Shown in pieces: positions 1 to 9,377 of a stretch of DNA of 64,000 nt. The notes below the pieces were generated by a model. That model saw only the letters and a list, made by a program, of their open reading frames with translations. It did not search any database and had not been told where the DNA came from. Positions within the stretch are counted from its first letter, which is position 1. Each line of letters opens with the position of its first letter. The stretch spans positions 1 to 64,000 of the forward strand of contig JAPDJY010000006.1 of assembly GCA_029258835.1 (NCBI GenBank), read 5' to 3'. Made by a program: the position numbers and the translations under genes. The DNA is from Thermoproteota archaeon. GTDB taxonomy: Archaea > Asgardarchaeota > Jordiarchaeia > Jordiarchaeales > Freyrarchaeaceae.

Positions 1-438
1 GTCGCATCTGCCAGAGTTTAAAGCCTCTAGGGCAGCCACCCTCTCAAGGTACTGACGTGAGATGGCCTCAATACGTTCCAAGTCCTCCTCCACAAGTCCA
101 ACCGCGGGTATACACTTAGCTATAACCCTAGGAGCGTAGACTAAAGGGTTGTCACACCTGAAAAAGACCGTTGCAGCCGAGGAAACAATAAGTGACAGGC
201 CGGCTCTCTCACTCCTATTTGACGACCCATCGACGCCTATGGTGAGTGCGTCCCTAGCAGCCGGGTTAACGTCCAGCTCGACCAGCTCAACGCTGCCCTC
301 AACGTTCTCCGCAGCCCTAATCATTGAAAGGTAAGTCTTGTAGAAGCGCTCCGCCTCGTCCCCCAGCATCCTCAATGCCTCATAGAAAAGTTGCCCATGG
401 CGCAGCTCTCTCTCCTCAAGTATTTTAAGAAGGTTCAA
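1..438 (-). CDS. nurA: NurA-family nuclease, N-terminal part (runs off the window edge)
   Basis: Not in the ORF track. TTG start overlaps the herA stop (TTGA). Open frame to position 1: MNLLKILEERELRHGQ...LTIGVDGSSNRSE...SRQYLERVAALEAL, with the NurA VDGS motif and a conserved R-x-x-L-E helix. Confidence 0.75.
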   Translation of the reverse strand, partial: MNLLKILEERELRHGQLFYEALRMLGDEAERFYKTYLSMIRAAENVEGSVELVELDVNPAARDALTIGVDGSSNRSERAGLSLIVSSAATVFFRCDNPLVYAPRVIAKCIPAVGLVEEDLERIEAISRQYLERVAALEALNSGRCD

Positions 439-2039
439 GCGTTTAATCCCTCCGCAAACTCCCTATGCAGCTCAAAAACGGTTTTCCGTCCATACCCTAG
501 TCTTATATCTCCCTTCTCTATAGCAACACATATAGGCTCCCTTATCGGGGTAGCCATCCCAGCCACTAGGAATTCGCCTACGCCGAGCCTAGGCAGGATC
601 CCCCTTATCTCTGGGAAATCAGTGTAGCTTTCAATAGCGCTCATGTCACTTGCAGCAGTAAGGCAGCCACAGAACAAAGTGTTAAGGTTAGAGAAGACAG
701 CCTTAGAAATACGTGATATCCGCTGGTTTATTATGGTAAGGTTCGCGCCAAACTTACGTCCCTCCTCCGAAAGACTGGTTATCTTCCCCAAGCAAAGGAA
801 GGGCTTCCCAACAATAACCTGAGAGTAAGCCCCACCAGTTTCAGGAATATAATTCTTCGCCTCGTCGATTATGAGGTGTATCGGGTACCGCATCCTCAAA
901 ATAAGATCTGCAATGGTTCCGAGCTTAGCCTGCCTAGCCTCAAGGGGATCCTGGGAAGCGTCTATGACAAGTATCCTGTTAGCAGCAAGCCTCCAAACCC
1001 TAGCGTAATCATTCACGCTACTGCCATTAAAGAATTCCGCCCCAAGAGTCCGGACACGCTTCTCAATGGCGCTACTCCACACCCTACTAGACTGATCCTT
1101 ACTGTAAAACTCGCTCAGCCAATCATTAACGTACCGCATGAACTCTTTAGCATTAAGCCCAACCTCGCCACACATGAAATCCATAACGAAAAGGTCGGAT
1201 GCAACCTCAACAGCCTTCCGAGCCTGCGAAGGCAAAACGTCAAGCTTAAGAAGCTTAACAAGACTCCCCGAGTCGGTGGGAATTACGGGAAGCTCACAAC
1301 TCTGAAGAACCTCAAACCTACCACAAAGCCTCTCAAGGTTCCCCGTCGCATATTCTCCAGTATGATCCCAAACAACAACGTTAATCTTATGCTTCAAAGA
1401 GGAAAGCCCAACAAGAAACTTAGCAGCAGTAACGCTCTTCCCCATCCCTATACGCGCGAAAATACCAACACCAAGCCTCAAAACAGCAGAAGCGTCAACC
1501 TCAACAGGATAATCAGTCTCCCTAATCCGCCCAACCTCAAAGTACTCATCCTCCCTCTCAGGGTCCTTAAAAAGCATCCTGTAATCATCCCTACCCGCAA
1601 CATAAACAGGGGAACAAGGCTTAGGAGGATGAGAAACACTCACAACACCAGGGCCAGCAGGCCTACCATAAATCCTCAACTCACCATACTTAAGGCTCTG
1701 CTCTAACTGAGGAATCTCACCATAAAGACTCGAAAAATAGTTCAGAACATCCGTGGTAGCCCCCCTAGTAGCAGCATTCAAACATGTAACAAGCCCAATA
1801 ATCCTCAAACCATCATGCCTAACAGTCAACAGCTGCCCCTCATAAACGTAGTCCGAAGCATAATCAAAAACCGCAAAACTACAAACCTTCGTACTCGTCG
1901 GACTAGTTATAAACCCAACAGGAGCCTCCCCTTTAAGGATCTCCTCCTCAGACCTTACATAATCATACTCCTCAACTTCTGAACTCTCAAAGGCACGCAG
2001 CAACACCGGATCAACATCCCCCACCAACGTGCAAACCAC
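435..2039 (-). CDS. herA: HerA-family helicase/ATPase (N-terminal HAS barrel, DUF87)
   Basis: Walker A ARIGMGKS, Walker B LIIDEA, EGRKFG and INQR motifs, N-terminal barrel ending in PPKPCSPVY. Confidence 0.85.
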   Translation of the reverse strand: MVCTLVGDVDPVLLRAFESSEVEEYDYVRSEEEILKGEAPVGFITSPTSTKVCSFAVFDYASDYVYEGQLLTVRHDGLRIIGLVTCLNAATRGATTDVLNYFSSLYGEIPQLEQSLKYGELRIYGRPAGPGVVSVSHPPKPCSPVYVAGRDDYRMLFKDPEREDEYFEVGRIRETDYPVEVDASAVLRLGVGIFARIGMGKSVTAAKFLVGLSSLKHKINVVVWDHTGEYATGNLERLCGRFEVLQSCELPVIPTDSGSLVKLLKLDVLPSQARKAVEVASDLFVMDFMCGEVGLNAKEFMRYVNDWLSEFYSKDQSSRVWSSAIEKRVRTLGAEFFNGSSVNDYARVWRLAANRILVIDASQDPLEARQAKLGTIADLILRMRYPIHLIIDEAKNYIPETGGAYSQVIVGKPFLCLGKITSLSEEGRKFGANLTIINQRISRISKAVFSNLNTLFCGCLTAASDMSAIESYTDFPEIRGILPRLGVGEFLVAGMATPIREPICVAIEKGDIRLGYGRKTVFELHREFAEGLNA

Positions 2040-2194
2040 CCCAAACCTCTAATCATACATGATCACTTAATGCTACACTTCAATTATAAATAATTTTCGA
2101 TCAAAAGGAAGGAAACCCTCCCACATAATATAAATATATGCCGTATTTTATGATAGAACTGTCTTATACATTTTATTTCTTTCTCGGTTACTAT

Positions 2195-2219
2195 TATGTG
2201 AAGGATATTCTTTCACATA
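2195..2219. promoter_or_regulatory. Inverted repeat in the divergent promoter between herA and the wHTH array; candidate operator
   Basis: TATGTGAA-N9-TTCACATA within an AT-rich 380 bp intergenic region. Confidence 0.4.
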
Positions 2220-2418
2220 TTCCTAAGATATACTGCGAAAGAATTTTCATCTAATCGGAAGGATAAATCTATTATAATATATAAGTGGAAGCGTTTATTC
2301 GTGATAGGATTACTCGTAAACCAACAAAAAATTTATAAAGCCCATGTGCTTTTATTTTCATAAAATAACTTCCAGTCGTTCAATTAGTATGGGAAAGATC
2401 AATGCGGGGTAATTTCTG

Positions 2419-2703
2419 TTGGAAGATGCTTTGAAGCTTATCGTAGATCTGGATAGGGCCAAGACGAGACTGGACGTCTTGAACGTTATTTTGGATCATG
2501 GGTCAGTGACTCCGTCGGAAGTTGCTGAGAAGCTTGGTTTAACCCAGAATGCTGTTAACATTGCCCTTCACTACCTTTCGAAGAGCGGTCTTGTGAGGAA
2601 GGTTGAGAGGGGGCGTTACGAAGCTAACTATGCTGTTTTCTGTAAGGCTCTTATCGCTCTTGCCATAAGGTTGAAGGACGTGTTGGGAGGTAGGATTGTA
2701 TGA
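2419..2703 (+). CDS. Small winged-helix protein, array member 1
   Basis: TPSEVAEKLGLTQNAVNIALHYLSKSGLV HTH followed by GRYEANY wing. Confidence 0.85.
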   Translation: MEDALKLIVDLDRAKTRLDVLNVILDHGSVTPSEVAEKLGLTQNAVNIALHYLSKSGLVRKVERGRYEANYAVFCKALIALAIRLKDVLGGRIV

Positions 2704-2972
2704 GTAAGCTTGGGGAAAGTGTTTTGAGGCTTCGAGGAGGAAGCCTTAAGGTTTTGTCTCTTTTAAGCGTGTCCACTAAGCCTCTTAGGCCTAGTGAGAT
2801 AGCTGAGCTTCTGGGTATGCCCTTGAAGGATGTTGGTAAATACCTTGTCCGGCTCTCCCAGAAGGGTTTGGTTTCAAAGGTTGAGGTTAACGGCTCTCCT
2901 TGTTACACTTCAAACTTAGACCTGCTTGAGTTAGTATTGGATCATGAAAGGCGGCTAAGGAACCTTGAGTAG
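2700..2972 (+). CDS. Small winged-helix protein, array member 2
   Basis: RPSEIAELLGMPLKDVGKYLVRLSQKGLV; ATGA overlap with member 1. Confidence 0.85.
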   Translation: MSKLGESVLRLRGGSLKVLSLLSVSTKPLRPSEIAELLGMPLKDVGKYLVRLSQKGLVSKVEVNGSPCYTSNLDLLELVLDHERRLRNLE

Positions 2973-2983
2973 AGGTTTTCTCT

Positions 2984-3289
2984 TTGAAGGTCGACTTTGA
3001 GGATTTTGAGGTGGCCTTCGAGAAGCTTCTTGGGTTGAGAGAAAGCTCCATGAAGGTTTTGCTTTACATTCTTGCTAAGGGCGGCTCTTCGACGCCTAAG
3101 GAGATCGTCGAGGAAACCGGTTTAAGCCAGAATAGTGTTTGGAAGGCTGTTAGGCGGCTTGAGGCTGCTAACCTTATAAGGTCTGTTGAGCGGGGAAGCT
3201 ACGAGGCGAACTATGGCTTCCTCTTAGCGCTTCTCCTCGTGAAGGTTCAGGAGCTCGCTAAAACGTTTAGGGGGGTGAGCGTTGAGTGA
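2984..3289 (+). CDS. Small winged-helix protein, array member 3
   Basis: TPKEIVEETGLSQNSVWKAVRRLEAANLI followed by GSYEANYGFL. Confidence 0.85.
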   Translation: MKVDFEDFEVAFEKLLGLRESSMKVLLYILAKGGSSTPKEIVEETGLSQNSVWKAVRRLEAANLIRSVERGSYEANYGFLLALLLVKVQELAKTFRGVSVE

Positions 3290-3584
3290 GAGGGTGGAGG
3301 GTGGCGCCAGAGCTGGTTTCGCGAAGTTCTTAAAGCTTGGGGAAGCGTCCATGAAGATAATTGAATACGTGCTGTGTTCTCGTACCCCGGTCACTCCGAA
3401 GGAGCTCGTAGAAAACTTAGGTCTTAGTGAGGGTGCTGTCTGGAACGCTCTCAGCAGACTTAGTAAAGCAGGTTTTCTGTTATCCACGGGGAGAGGCGAG
3501 TATGAGGCGAACTATGGTTACATAATCGCAATGGTTCTTTTTGCTCTCGCAGAACTTTTCGAGAAGAGAGGTAGGAGAAGATGA
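3282..3584 (+). CDS. Small winged-helix protein, array member 4
   Basis: TPKELVENLGLSEGAVWNALSRLSKAGFL followed by GEYEANYGYI. Confidence 0.85.
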   Translation: MSERVEGGARAGFAKFLKLGEASMKIIEYVLCSRTPVTPKELVENLGLSEGAVWNALSRLSKAGFLLSTGRGEYEANYGYIIAMVLFALAELFEKRGRRR

Positions 3585-3921
3585 GTGAGGATAGAAGGGT
3601 GAACCCAAGGGCTGTCCTATTCCGCTCTTATGATTTTGAAGGAAGGGTTCCTTGGCTCTTTCATACATCCTTAGAAGGCAGGAGGGTCTGTTCCACCATC
3701 TGAAATTCAGAAGGCTTTAGGAATGTCTCCCTCTAACCTTTCACATTCAGGACGGATCCTTGAAAAGCTCGGCTTGATAACACGGAAACCAGAAGGACCC
3801 CCAAACACGGGTGGTGATTAGCGCGCTTCTATCCATAGTCGTCGATCTCGTGAGGCGCGTTGAAGAACCGGAGCGAAACCTAGAGAAAAAGGTTCCTTTC
3901 ACTCTTAGGCTGGGAAAGTAG
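3581..3921 (+). pseudogene. Frameshifted fifth winged-helix paralogue
   Basis: ATGA overlap with member 4. Fragments in different frames: MSEDRRVNPRAVL / KAGGSVPPSEIQKALGMSPSNLSHSGRILEKLGLITRKPEG / VVISALLSIVVDLVRRVEE. Confidence 0.7.
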
Positions 3922-4003
3922 GATGCTTTAACATTGCACCATCAAGTTTGAAATAGGCGATTTTTAAAAACACTTATTTAATCACGTGGCAAAATTCAAA
4001 AGA

Positions 4004-4018
4004 TATAACACTGTTATA
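4004..4018. promoter_or_regulatory. Palindromic operator TATAACA-N-TGTTATA upstream of the cysteine synthase gene
   Basis: Perfect 7-1-7 palindrome 20 nt upstream of the ATG; identical arms recur at 10691-10705. Confidence 0.6.
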
Positions 4019-4037
4019 GAAATGGGAGGCGCTCGAG

Positions 4038-4955
4038 ATGAAGGTTGCCAATGACATTACCGAGCTCATAGGCGAAACTCCTATGGTCAAGCTAAGGAAG
4101 ATTACCGGGCCAAACGATGCAACGATTTATGCTAAGTTAGAATGGTATAACATTGGTGGATCTGTTAAAGGATAGAATGGCTCTTTACATTTTAGAGTAT
4201 GCAGAGGCTGCTGGAAGGCTGAAAAAAGATAAGGTGATCCTTGAAGCGACATCTGGTAATACTGGGATTGCCATAGCCATGATTGCAGCTGCGAAGGGGT
4301 ATAGGACTGCCATGGTTTTGCCTGAATCGGTGAGTGTGGAGAGAAGGAAAATTATAAAGGCGTATGGAGCAGGCTTGATTCTCTCGCCGGGTGAGAAGGG
4401 TACGTCCGGGGCTATAGAGTTAAAGCAGAAGTTGCTAAGGCGGAACCCGGGCAAGTACATTGATATTGACCAGTTTCGTGACCCGGCGAACATAATGGCC
4501 CACTATGAGACCACGGGGAAGGAGATACTTGAGCAAACTCGTGGATACGTGGATATGATCATCATTGGGATTGGGACGGCAGGGACAGGTGTAGGCGTCT
4601 CAATGAGGGTCAAACAGCGTAACCCCAATTAAAAATTGTAGGTGTAACCCCTAAGCTTGGCGTGAGCATTCAAGGACTCAGAAATCCGAACGAACCATGT
4701 CCAACTCAGCTTTTTAAGAGAATTCTTCGATGAAGTAGTCGAGATCTCGCGGGAGGAAGTGCCAAAAACGTTCGAGGTTGCAGAATGATCGCTCAGAAAG
4801 AAGGGCTGCTAATAGGGATGAGTTCTGCAGCGATCATGTACGTTGCTTTGAGGAAAGCTAAGCAGCTTGGTAGAGGAAAAGTTATAGTCGCCGTGCTGCC
4901 TGACAGCGGATTAAAGTACCTGAGCACGCCTCTCTTTTTAATTAATAATATTTAA
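4038..4955 (+). pseudogene. cysM: PLP-dependent cysteine synthase (CysK/CysM), several frameshifts
   Basis: MKVANDITELIGETPMVKL...GGSVK/DR broken at about 4168 beside the PLP lysine; EATSGNTG; GIGTAGT; further breaks after 4630; ends PDSGLKYLSTPLF. Confidence 0.85.
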
Positions 4956-4982
4956 TAAAGTAACTACTAATAATGGTGGTGT

Positions 4983-5321
4983 TTGGCTATGCGCCCTCCA
5001 TGTGAGATTATCGTACGTTACGTGCTTCCTGCCCTTCGCTCCCTAATCGCTAGAGAGCTTATTGAAAATTATGGTTTCTCGCAGGTGGTTGCCGCTAAAA
5101 AGCTTGGTATTACTCAAGCCGCGATAAGTTATTACTTATATTCTAAGCGTGGTGAAAAGTACTTAAAGAATATCGAATCCATAAGTGAAGTAAGGAAGAT
5201 CATAAAAGACATAGCTGACGAGATAGCTAATGAACGTCTGTCACCTAAGGATGTGATATCTAGGTTTTGCGGTCTTTGTTCACGGCTCCGCGCTGAACAC
5301 TTAATATGTACGCCTTCATAA
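4983..5321 (+). CDS. Archaeal HTH transcriptional regulator with conserved cysteines (COG2522-like)
   Basis: PPCEIIVRYVLPALR, SQVVAAKKLGITQAAISYYL, C-terminal FCGLC. Confidence 0.8.
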   Translation: MAMRPPCEIIVRYVLPALRSLIARELIENYGFSQVVAAKKLGITQAAISYYLYSKRGEKYLKNIESISEVRKIIKDIADEIANERLSPKDVISRFCGLCSRLRAEHLICTPS

Positions 5322-5420
5322 GGACGTTGCCATGCTACCGGATACCTGCGATCTGTGCAGCTAACCTGTCTACGAGTTGCTTTCCTGCTTTGCGTTGGGG
5401 GCGCTAACAGAATGGCCTGA

Positions 5421-5561
5421 TCATATCTGCCGTTTTAGCCATTGCTGCGTCCATCTTTTCAAGCATTTCTCGAAGCAAAACATGTATAGCTTGTTAACGC
5501 AACACGTCTTTCTCGTAACAGGTTTACCTGTAATGACTTTTCCACATACTTGGCACCGCAC
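5421..5561 (-). CDS. Small TRASH/YHS-like metal-binding protein (about 46 aa)
   Basis: GTG after a G-rich RBS; CQVCGKVI...TCC...FCFEKC. This is the plausible part of track ORF 5421..6116, whose remainder is antisense to thi4. Confidence 0.55.
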   Translation of the reverse strand: MRCQVCGKVITGKPVTRKTCCVNKLYMFCFEKCLKRWTQQWLKRQI

Positions 5562-5673
5562 TCTGTTTCCCCCTCCCCCTCTTAGGGAGTATCTTGCACA
5601 AAATTGCTTTTTATCTTTACAATAGTTAAGATTGTTAACACCTTCTACCCAACTCGCTGGGGTAGGTGGAAAA

Positions 5674-6452
5674 ATGAATAATGTAGAGTTTGGCGAGGCA
5701 GTAATTACGCAAGTTATTGTTGAAAACGCCGCAAGAGACTTAGTTAAACTATCTGAAGCTGACGTAGTCATAGTTGGTGCTGGTTCTGCAGGGTTAACAG
5801 CAGCCATGTACGTAGCTAGATCCGGGCTGAGAACTGTGGTGTTTGAACGGAAGCTTTCGTTTGGTGGAGGAATAGGCGGAGGCGGAATGTTTTTCCACAA
5901 GCTCGTTGTCCAATCGCCTGCAGACGAGATCCTAAGAGAGATCGGATGTCCCTTCGAGAAAGTGAGGGAGGGCTTATTCGTAGTTGACACTTCAGCTATG
6001 ATCGCGAAGCTTGCAAGCAGCGCCATAGATGCAGGTGCAAAAATAATCTTAGGTGTAACGGTGGATGACGTCATTTTTAGAGGGAGACGCCAGCCTAGAA
6101 TTGTAGGAGTAGTCATTCAGTGGACGTCCGTTATAATGTCTGGAATTCACGTTGATCCATTAGGCGTCAAGGCTAAGGCGGTTGTCGACTGTACAGGGCA
6201 TGACGCCGAAGTACTAGCTGTAGCATCGAGAAAAATCCCTGAACTAGACTTGCTCGTTGAGGGTGAAAAGTTCATGTGGACGGAGAGGCTGAAAGGCTTA
6301 CTGTAGATAATACAGGTGAGGTCTGCCCTGGATTATATGCTGCAGGAATGTCTGTTGCAGCTCCGTATCAAACCCCTAGGATGGGTCCTATTTTTGGAGG
6401 GATGCTGCTTAGCGGAAGGAGGGTCGCCCAAATAATTAATAAGGAAACTTAA
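5674..6452 (+). pseudogene. thi4: Sulfide-dependent (His-type) Thi4 thiazole synthase, frameshifted near 6285
   Basis: GAGSAG FAD motif, GGGIGGGG, GIHVDP, DCTGHDA; C-terminal [14 protein letters not shown] continues in another frame to TAA at 6452. Confidence 0.85.
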
Positions 6453-6526
6453 AGGCTCTTAACCTCTACTTCAACTAACTTTTTATTCTCCTGATGTAAC
6501 ATCTGTCTTGCTGTGTTCTGGTTAAG

Positions 6527-7336
6527 ATGGTGGATTACATGAATGCGAACGTGCTAAGCGTTAAAGTGGAGGTTAAAAGGGTCGACTTGAGTAGGGGCCG
6601 TGCCGAGCTCGTGAACGACCCTGTAGTCGTTGAGGCTCCTGTTAACCTTCATGTTAATAGGAGATACGTCGCCACACTGCTTGCGTTGCCTGACCAGCTA
6701 AAAGAGCTCTGTGTTGGATGGCTTCTCAGCCATGCAATAATAAAAAAGGTCGACGAGATCTTAAATATTCAGGTTAAGGGTAACCTTGTAAGGGTTAACT
6801 GTCTAGATGAGGTCGAGATGCGGTTAAGGGTTGCGAGTAGGGTTAGCGTCGTCCGCTCTTCGTGTGGTTCCTTAGCGGATGACTTCTATTTTTCAATTGA
6901 CCGTATAAGTAAACCCTTTGTTGCTTCAGATTATACGGTTAAAGCAGGGCAGCTCTTACGGTTTGTTAGCGTCCTTAACAGGAAATCTTCATTGTTCAGG
7001 TTGACTGGCGGAACCCATTCCGCAGCCCTGTTTCATGAAGGCGTTCTGGTAGCTTTCGCTGAGGACGTGGGTAGACATAACGCTGTTGACAAGGTGATTG
7101 GTAGCGCTGCTTTAAGGAGAACTGACTTTTCAAAGTGCGTCTTGGTGAGTAGTGGTAGGCAGCCGGCAGGTATGGTTCTAAAAGCGGCACGTGTGGGAAT
7201 CCCTATAGTGGCCTCCATTGCAGGCCCAATATATTCCGGGGTTGAGGCTGCCAGAAAGACCGGGGTTACGCTGGTCTGCTTTGTTAGAGGACGGAGAATG
7301 AACGTTTACAGCTTCCATGAAAGAGTCGTTCTTTAG
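6527..7336 (+). CDS. fdhD: Formate dehydrogenase accessory sulfurtransferase FdhD
   Basis: SSCG, TGGTHSAAL, EDVGRHNAVDKVIG, SSGR motifs. Confidence 0.92.
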   Translation: MVDYMNANVLSVKVEVKRVDLSRGRAELVNDPVVVEAPVNLHVNRRYVATLLALPDQLKELCVGWLLSHAIIKKVDEILNIQVKGNLVRVNCLDEVEMRLRVASRVSVVRSSCGSLADDFYFSIDRISKPFVASDYTVKAGQLLRFVSVLNRKSSLFRLTGGTHSAALFHEGVLVAFAEDVGRHNAVDKVIGSAALRRTDFSKCVLVSSGRQPAGMVLKAARVGIPIVASIAGPIYSGVEAARKTGVTLVCFVRGRRMNVYSFHERVVL

Positions 7337-7364
7337 GTTAGCCTAAAAACATTCAGCTTCTTTT

Positions 7365-7634
7365 TTAACGTAGGAGCTCATTTAGGATGCTCTCTACCTC
7401 GTCTCTACTTGCAACCTTCCTCACAACCATCTTACCAGTTTTATACAGGCGTATTATAGCATTCTTGAAGGATACGTCAAAAACCAGGTCTGACAGTGAT
7501 TTTTTAACTTCTCCCCGACTTAAGATTTTCTTCATAGCCTCCTCCTTCTTATCGTACTTTAATGTGGCGATAAAGTCCCTTTCTTCACCGCACGCCTCCT
7601 CAATGTGTGCAACATACTCTTTTACCGCAGATAT
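7365..7634 (-). CDS. Small hypothetical protein (about 89 aa) at the end of the iscS-iscU-sufS operon; apparent ATA start
   Basis: Open frame 12 nt after the sufS stop: ISAVKEYVAHIEEACGEE...IRLYKTGKMVVRKVASRDEVESILNELLR; TBP-like LYKTGKMVV signature; no in-frame canonical start until residue 34. Confidence 0.5.
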   Translation of the reverse strand: MSAVKEYVAHIEEACGEERDFIATLKYDKKEEAMKKILSRGEVKKSLSDLVFDVSFKNAIIRLYKTGKMVVRKVASRDEVESILNELLR

Positions 7635-7646
7635 TCTTAACCCCCT

Positions 7647-8873
7647 TCACGCTATTTCCTTCAAAACCTCTACCATGCGGTCAATCTCATCTTGCGTATT
7701 GTAAATGTAAAAGCTTGCTCTAACGGTTCCTTTTAATCCGAGCCTCTGGTGTAGTGGCTGCGCGCAGTGAAGCCCGCTTCTAACCATTATCCCAAATTGG
7801 TCAAGAAGCAAGGCTACGTCGTGATGGTTTACTCCACTAACATTAAACGGTATTATTCCGCCTCTTGCCTTCCTTACGGGCCCGTAAACTTCTACCTTTT
7901 CAATTTCCATAAGCCTTCTTAATGCGTACTCTGTTAATTCCTTCTCGTGTTTTTGTACGTTTTCCATTCCTAACCTTTTAAGGTATCTAATGGCTTCCAT
8001 GAGCCCAACCCCACCGCATATGTTTGCTGTTCCTGCTTCGAACTTCCACGGAAGCTCGTTCCATGTGACCTCGCATGCGCCCTCCCGCCAGTTATACCTT
8101 ACCTCCCTGATCATATCTCCTCCGCCAAGGAACGGCTCCATTTCGCTCAGAACATCTTCCTTACCGTATAGCACCCCTATTCCTGTTGGACCCAGCATTT
8201 TATGTCCGGAGAAGGCTAAGAAGTCAGCGTCTAGACTTTTAACATCTACTGGCATATGCGGAACCGACTGAGCTGCGTCAACCATACAGAGTGCATCGTT
8301 CTCATGGGCCAGTTTGGAGATCCTCTCCACATCATTTATTACCCCTGTAACATTGGACATCTGTGTCACGCAAATGATCCGGGTTTTACTAGTCACAGCT
8401 TGCTCTAGGCTGACATAGTTTAATGTTCCATCATCGTTAATTTGGGCGTATTTAACCCTTGCCCCCTTAATCTTCGAAATCATTTCCCATGGGACAATGT
8501 TGCTGTGGTGTTCCATTAGCGTCACAACTACTTCATCACCTTGCTTAAGCGTCCTTAACCCCCAAGAGTAGGCAACAAGGTTGATCGCCTCTGTCGTGTT
8601 CTTAACGAAAACAACCTCCTCAATCCCTTTTGCATTAATGAACTTCGCTACTTCCTCGTGTGCCTCCTCGTACAGTTCGGAAGCCTCTTGTGAAAGTGTG
8701 TGAACCGCCCTATGAATGTTAGCGTTATGCTCCTCGTAAAATCTTCTAATAACCTCTATTACCTGTCTTGGCCTCTGGGAGGTAGCCGCGTTATCAAAAT
8801 AAATCAACGGTTCACCCTCAATCTTCCTCTGAAAAATCGGAAAATCTTCTCTAACCTTATAGGGGTCAAACAT
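7647..8873 (-). CDS. sufS: SufS-type (group II) cysteine desulfurase
   Basis: YFDNAATSQRP, HANIHR, SGHKMLGP, RSGLHCAQP. Confidence 0.95.
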   Translation of the reverse strand: MFDPYKVREDFPIFQRKIEGEPLIYFDNAATSQRPRQVIEVIRRFYEEHNANIHRAVHTLSQEASELYEEAHEEVAKFINAKGIEEVVFVKNTTEAINLVAYSWGLRTLKQGDEVVVTLMEHHSNIVPWEMISKIKGARVKYAQINDDGTLNYVSLEQAVTSKTRIICVTQMSNVTGVINDVERISKLAHENDALCMVDAAQSVPHMPVDVKSLDADFLAFSGHKMLGPTGIGVLYGKEDVLSEMEPFLGGGDMIREVRYNWREGACEVTWNELPWKFEAGTANICGGVGLMEAIRYLKRLGMENVQKHEKELTEYALRRLMEIEKVEVYGPVRKARGGIIPFNVSGVNHHDVALLLDQFGIMVRSGLHCAQPLHQRLGLKGTVRASFYIYNTQDEIDRMVEVLKEIA

Positions 8874-9377
8874 TTATTTTCTCTCCTCCCCTCTGCTGAG
8901 TTTCTTGGAAAGAACTTTCGCTAACTCCTCCTCTTCCAGCGCCTGCCTTTCCTCAAAAGTTAACTCGTCAGGCAGCCAATCCGGCTTCTCACCTTTCTTC
9001 TTATAGTAAAAGCGTATAGCTCGCCTTAGAGCTCCTACAGCTAATACTCCACAGTGAAACTTTATTGAGGGAAGACCGCCAATCTCATCGGAAACCTGCT
9101 TCCATGATAGACCCCATGCATCCTTCAACTTTTTTCCTTTAACCATCTCCGTCAGAATGCTTGAAGTTGCAATGTTGGCTGCACACCCGTAACTTTCAAA
9201 GCTCGCCCTTTCAATCACATCGTGTTCATCGATCTTAAGGTAAAATGTTATCATGTCCCCACATGCTGGGTTACCGGCGACGGCGTGAACCGTTGCATCC
9301 TCCATCCTTCCAAGGTTCTTAGGGTTCCTAAACAATTCTAAGACTTTCGGACTGTAAGGAAGAGGCATCCTAGACAT
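8874..9377 (-). CDS. iscU: IscU/NifU-type Fe-S scaffold protein
   Basis: YSPKVLELFRNPKNLG, NPACGD, YGCAAN, KFHC; start reassigned to MSRM. Confidence 0.92.
   Translation of the reverse strand: MSRMPLPYSPKVLELFRNPKNLGRMEDATVHAVAGNPACGDMITFYLKIDEHDVIERASFESYGCAANIATSSILTEMVKGKKLKDAWGLSWKQVSDEIGGLPSIKFHCGVLAVGALRRAIRFYYKKKGEKPDWLPDELTFEERQALEEEELAKVLSKKLSRGEERK

Noticed and set aside
876-1706. 276-aa plus-strand ORF and similar antisense ORFs (e.g. 24931..25611, 51444..52085, 39456..40010)
   Set aside because: Shadow ORFs opposite well-supported genes, with biased composition and no motifs
2419-3921. wHTH array as ESCRT-II-like (Vps22/25/36) subunits
   Set aside because: These are single wHTH domains with TrmB/ArsR-like recognition helices and no ESCRT-III, Vps4 or ubiquitin genes nearby; cannot be supported without a structure search
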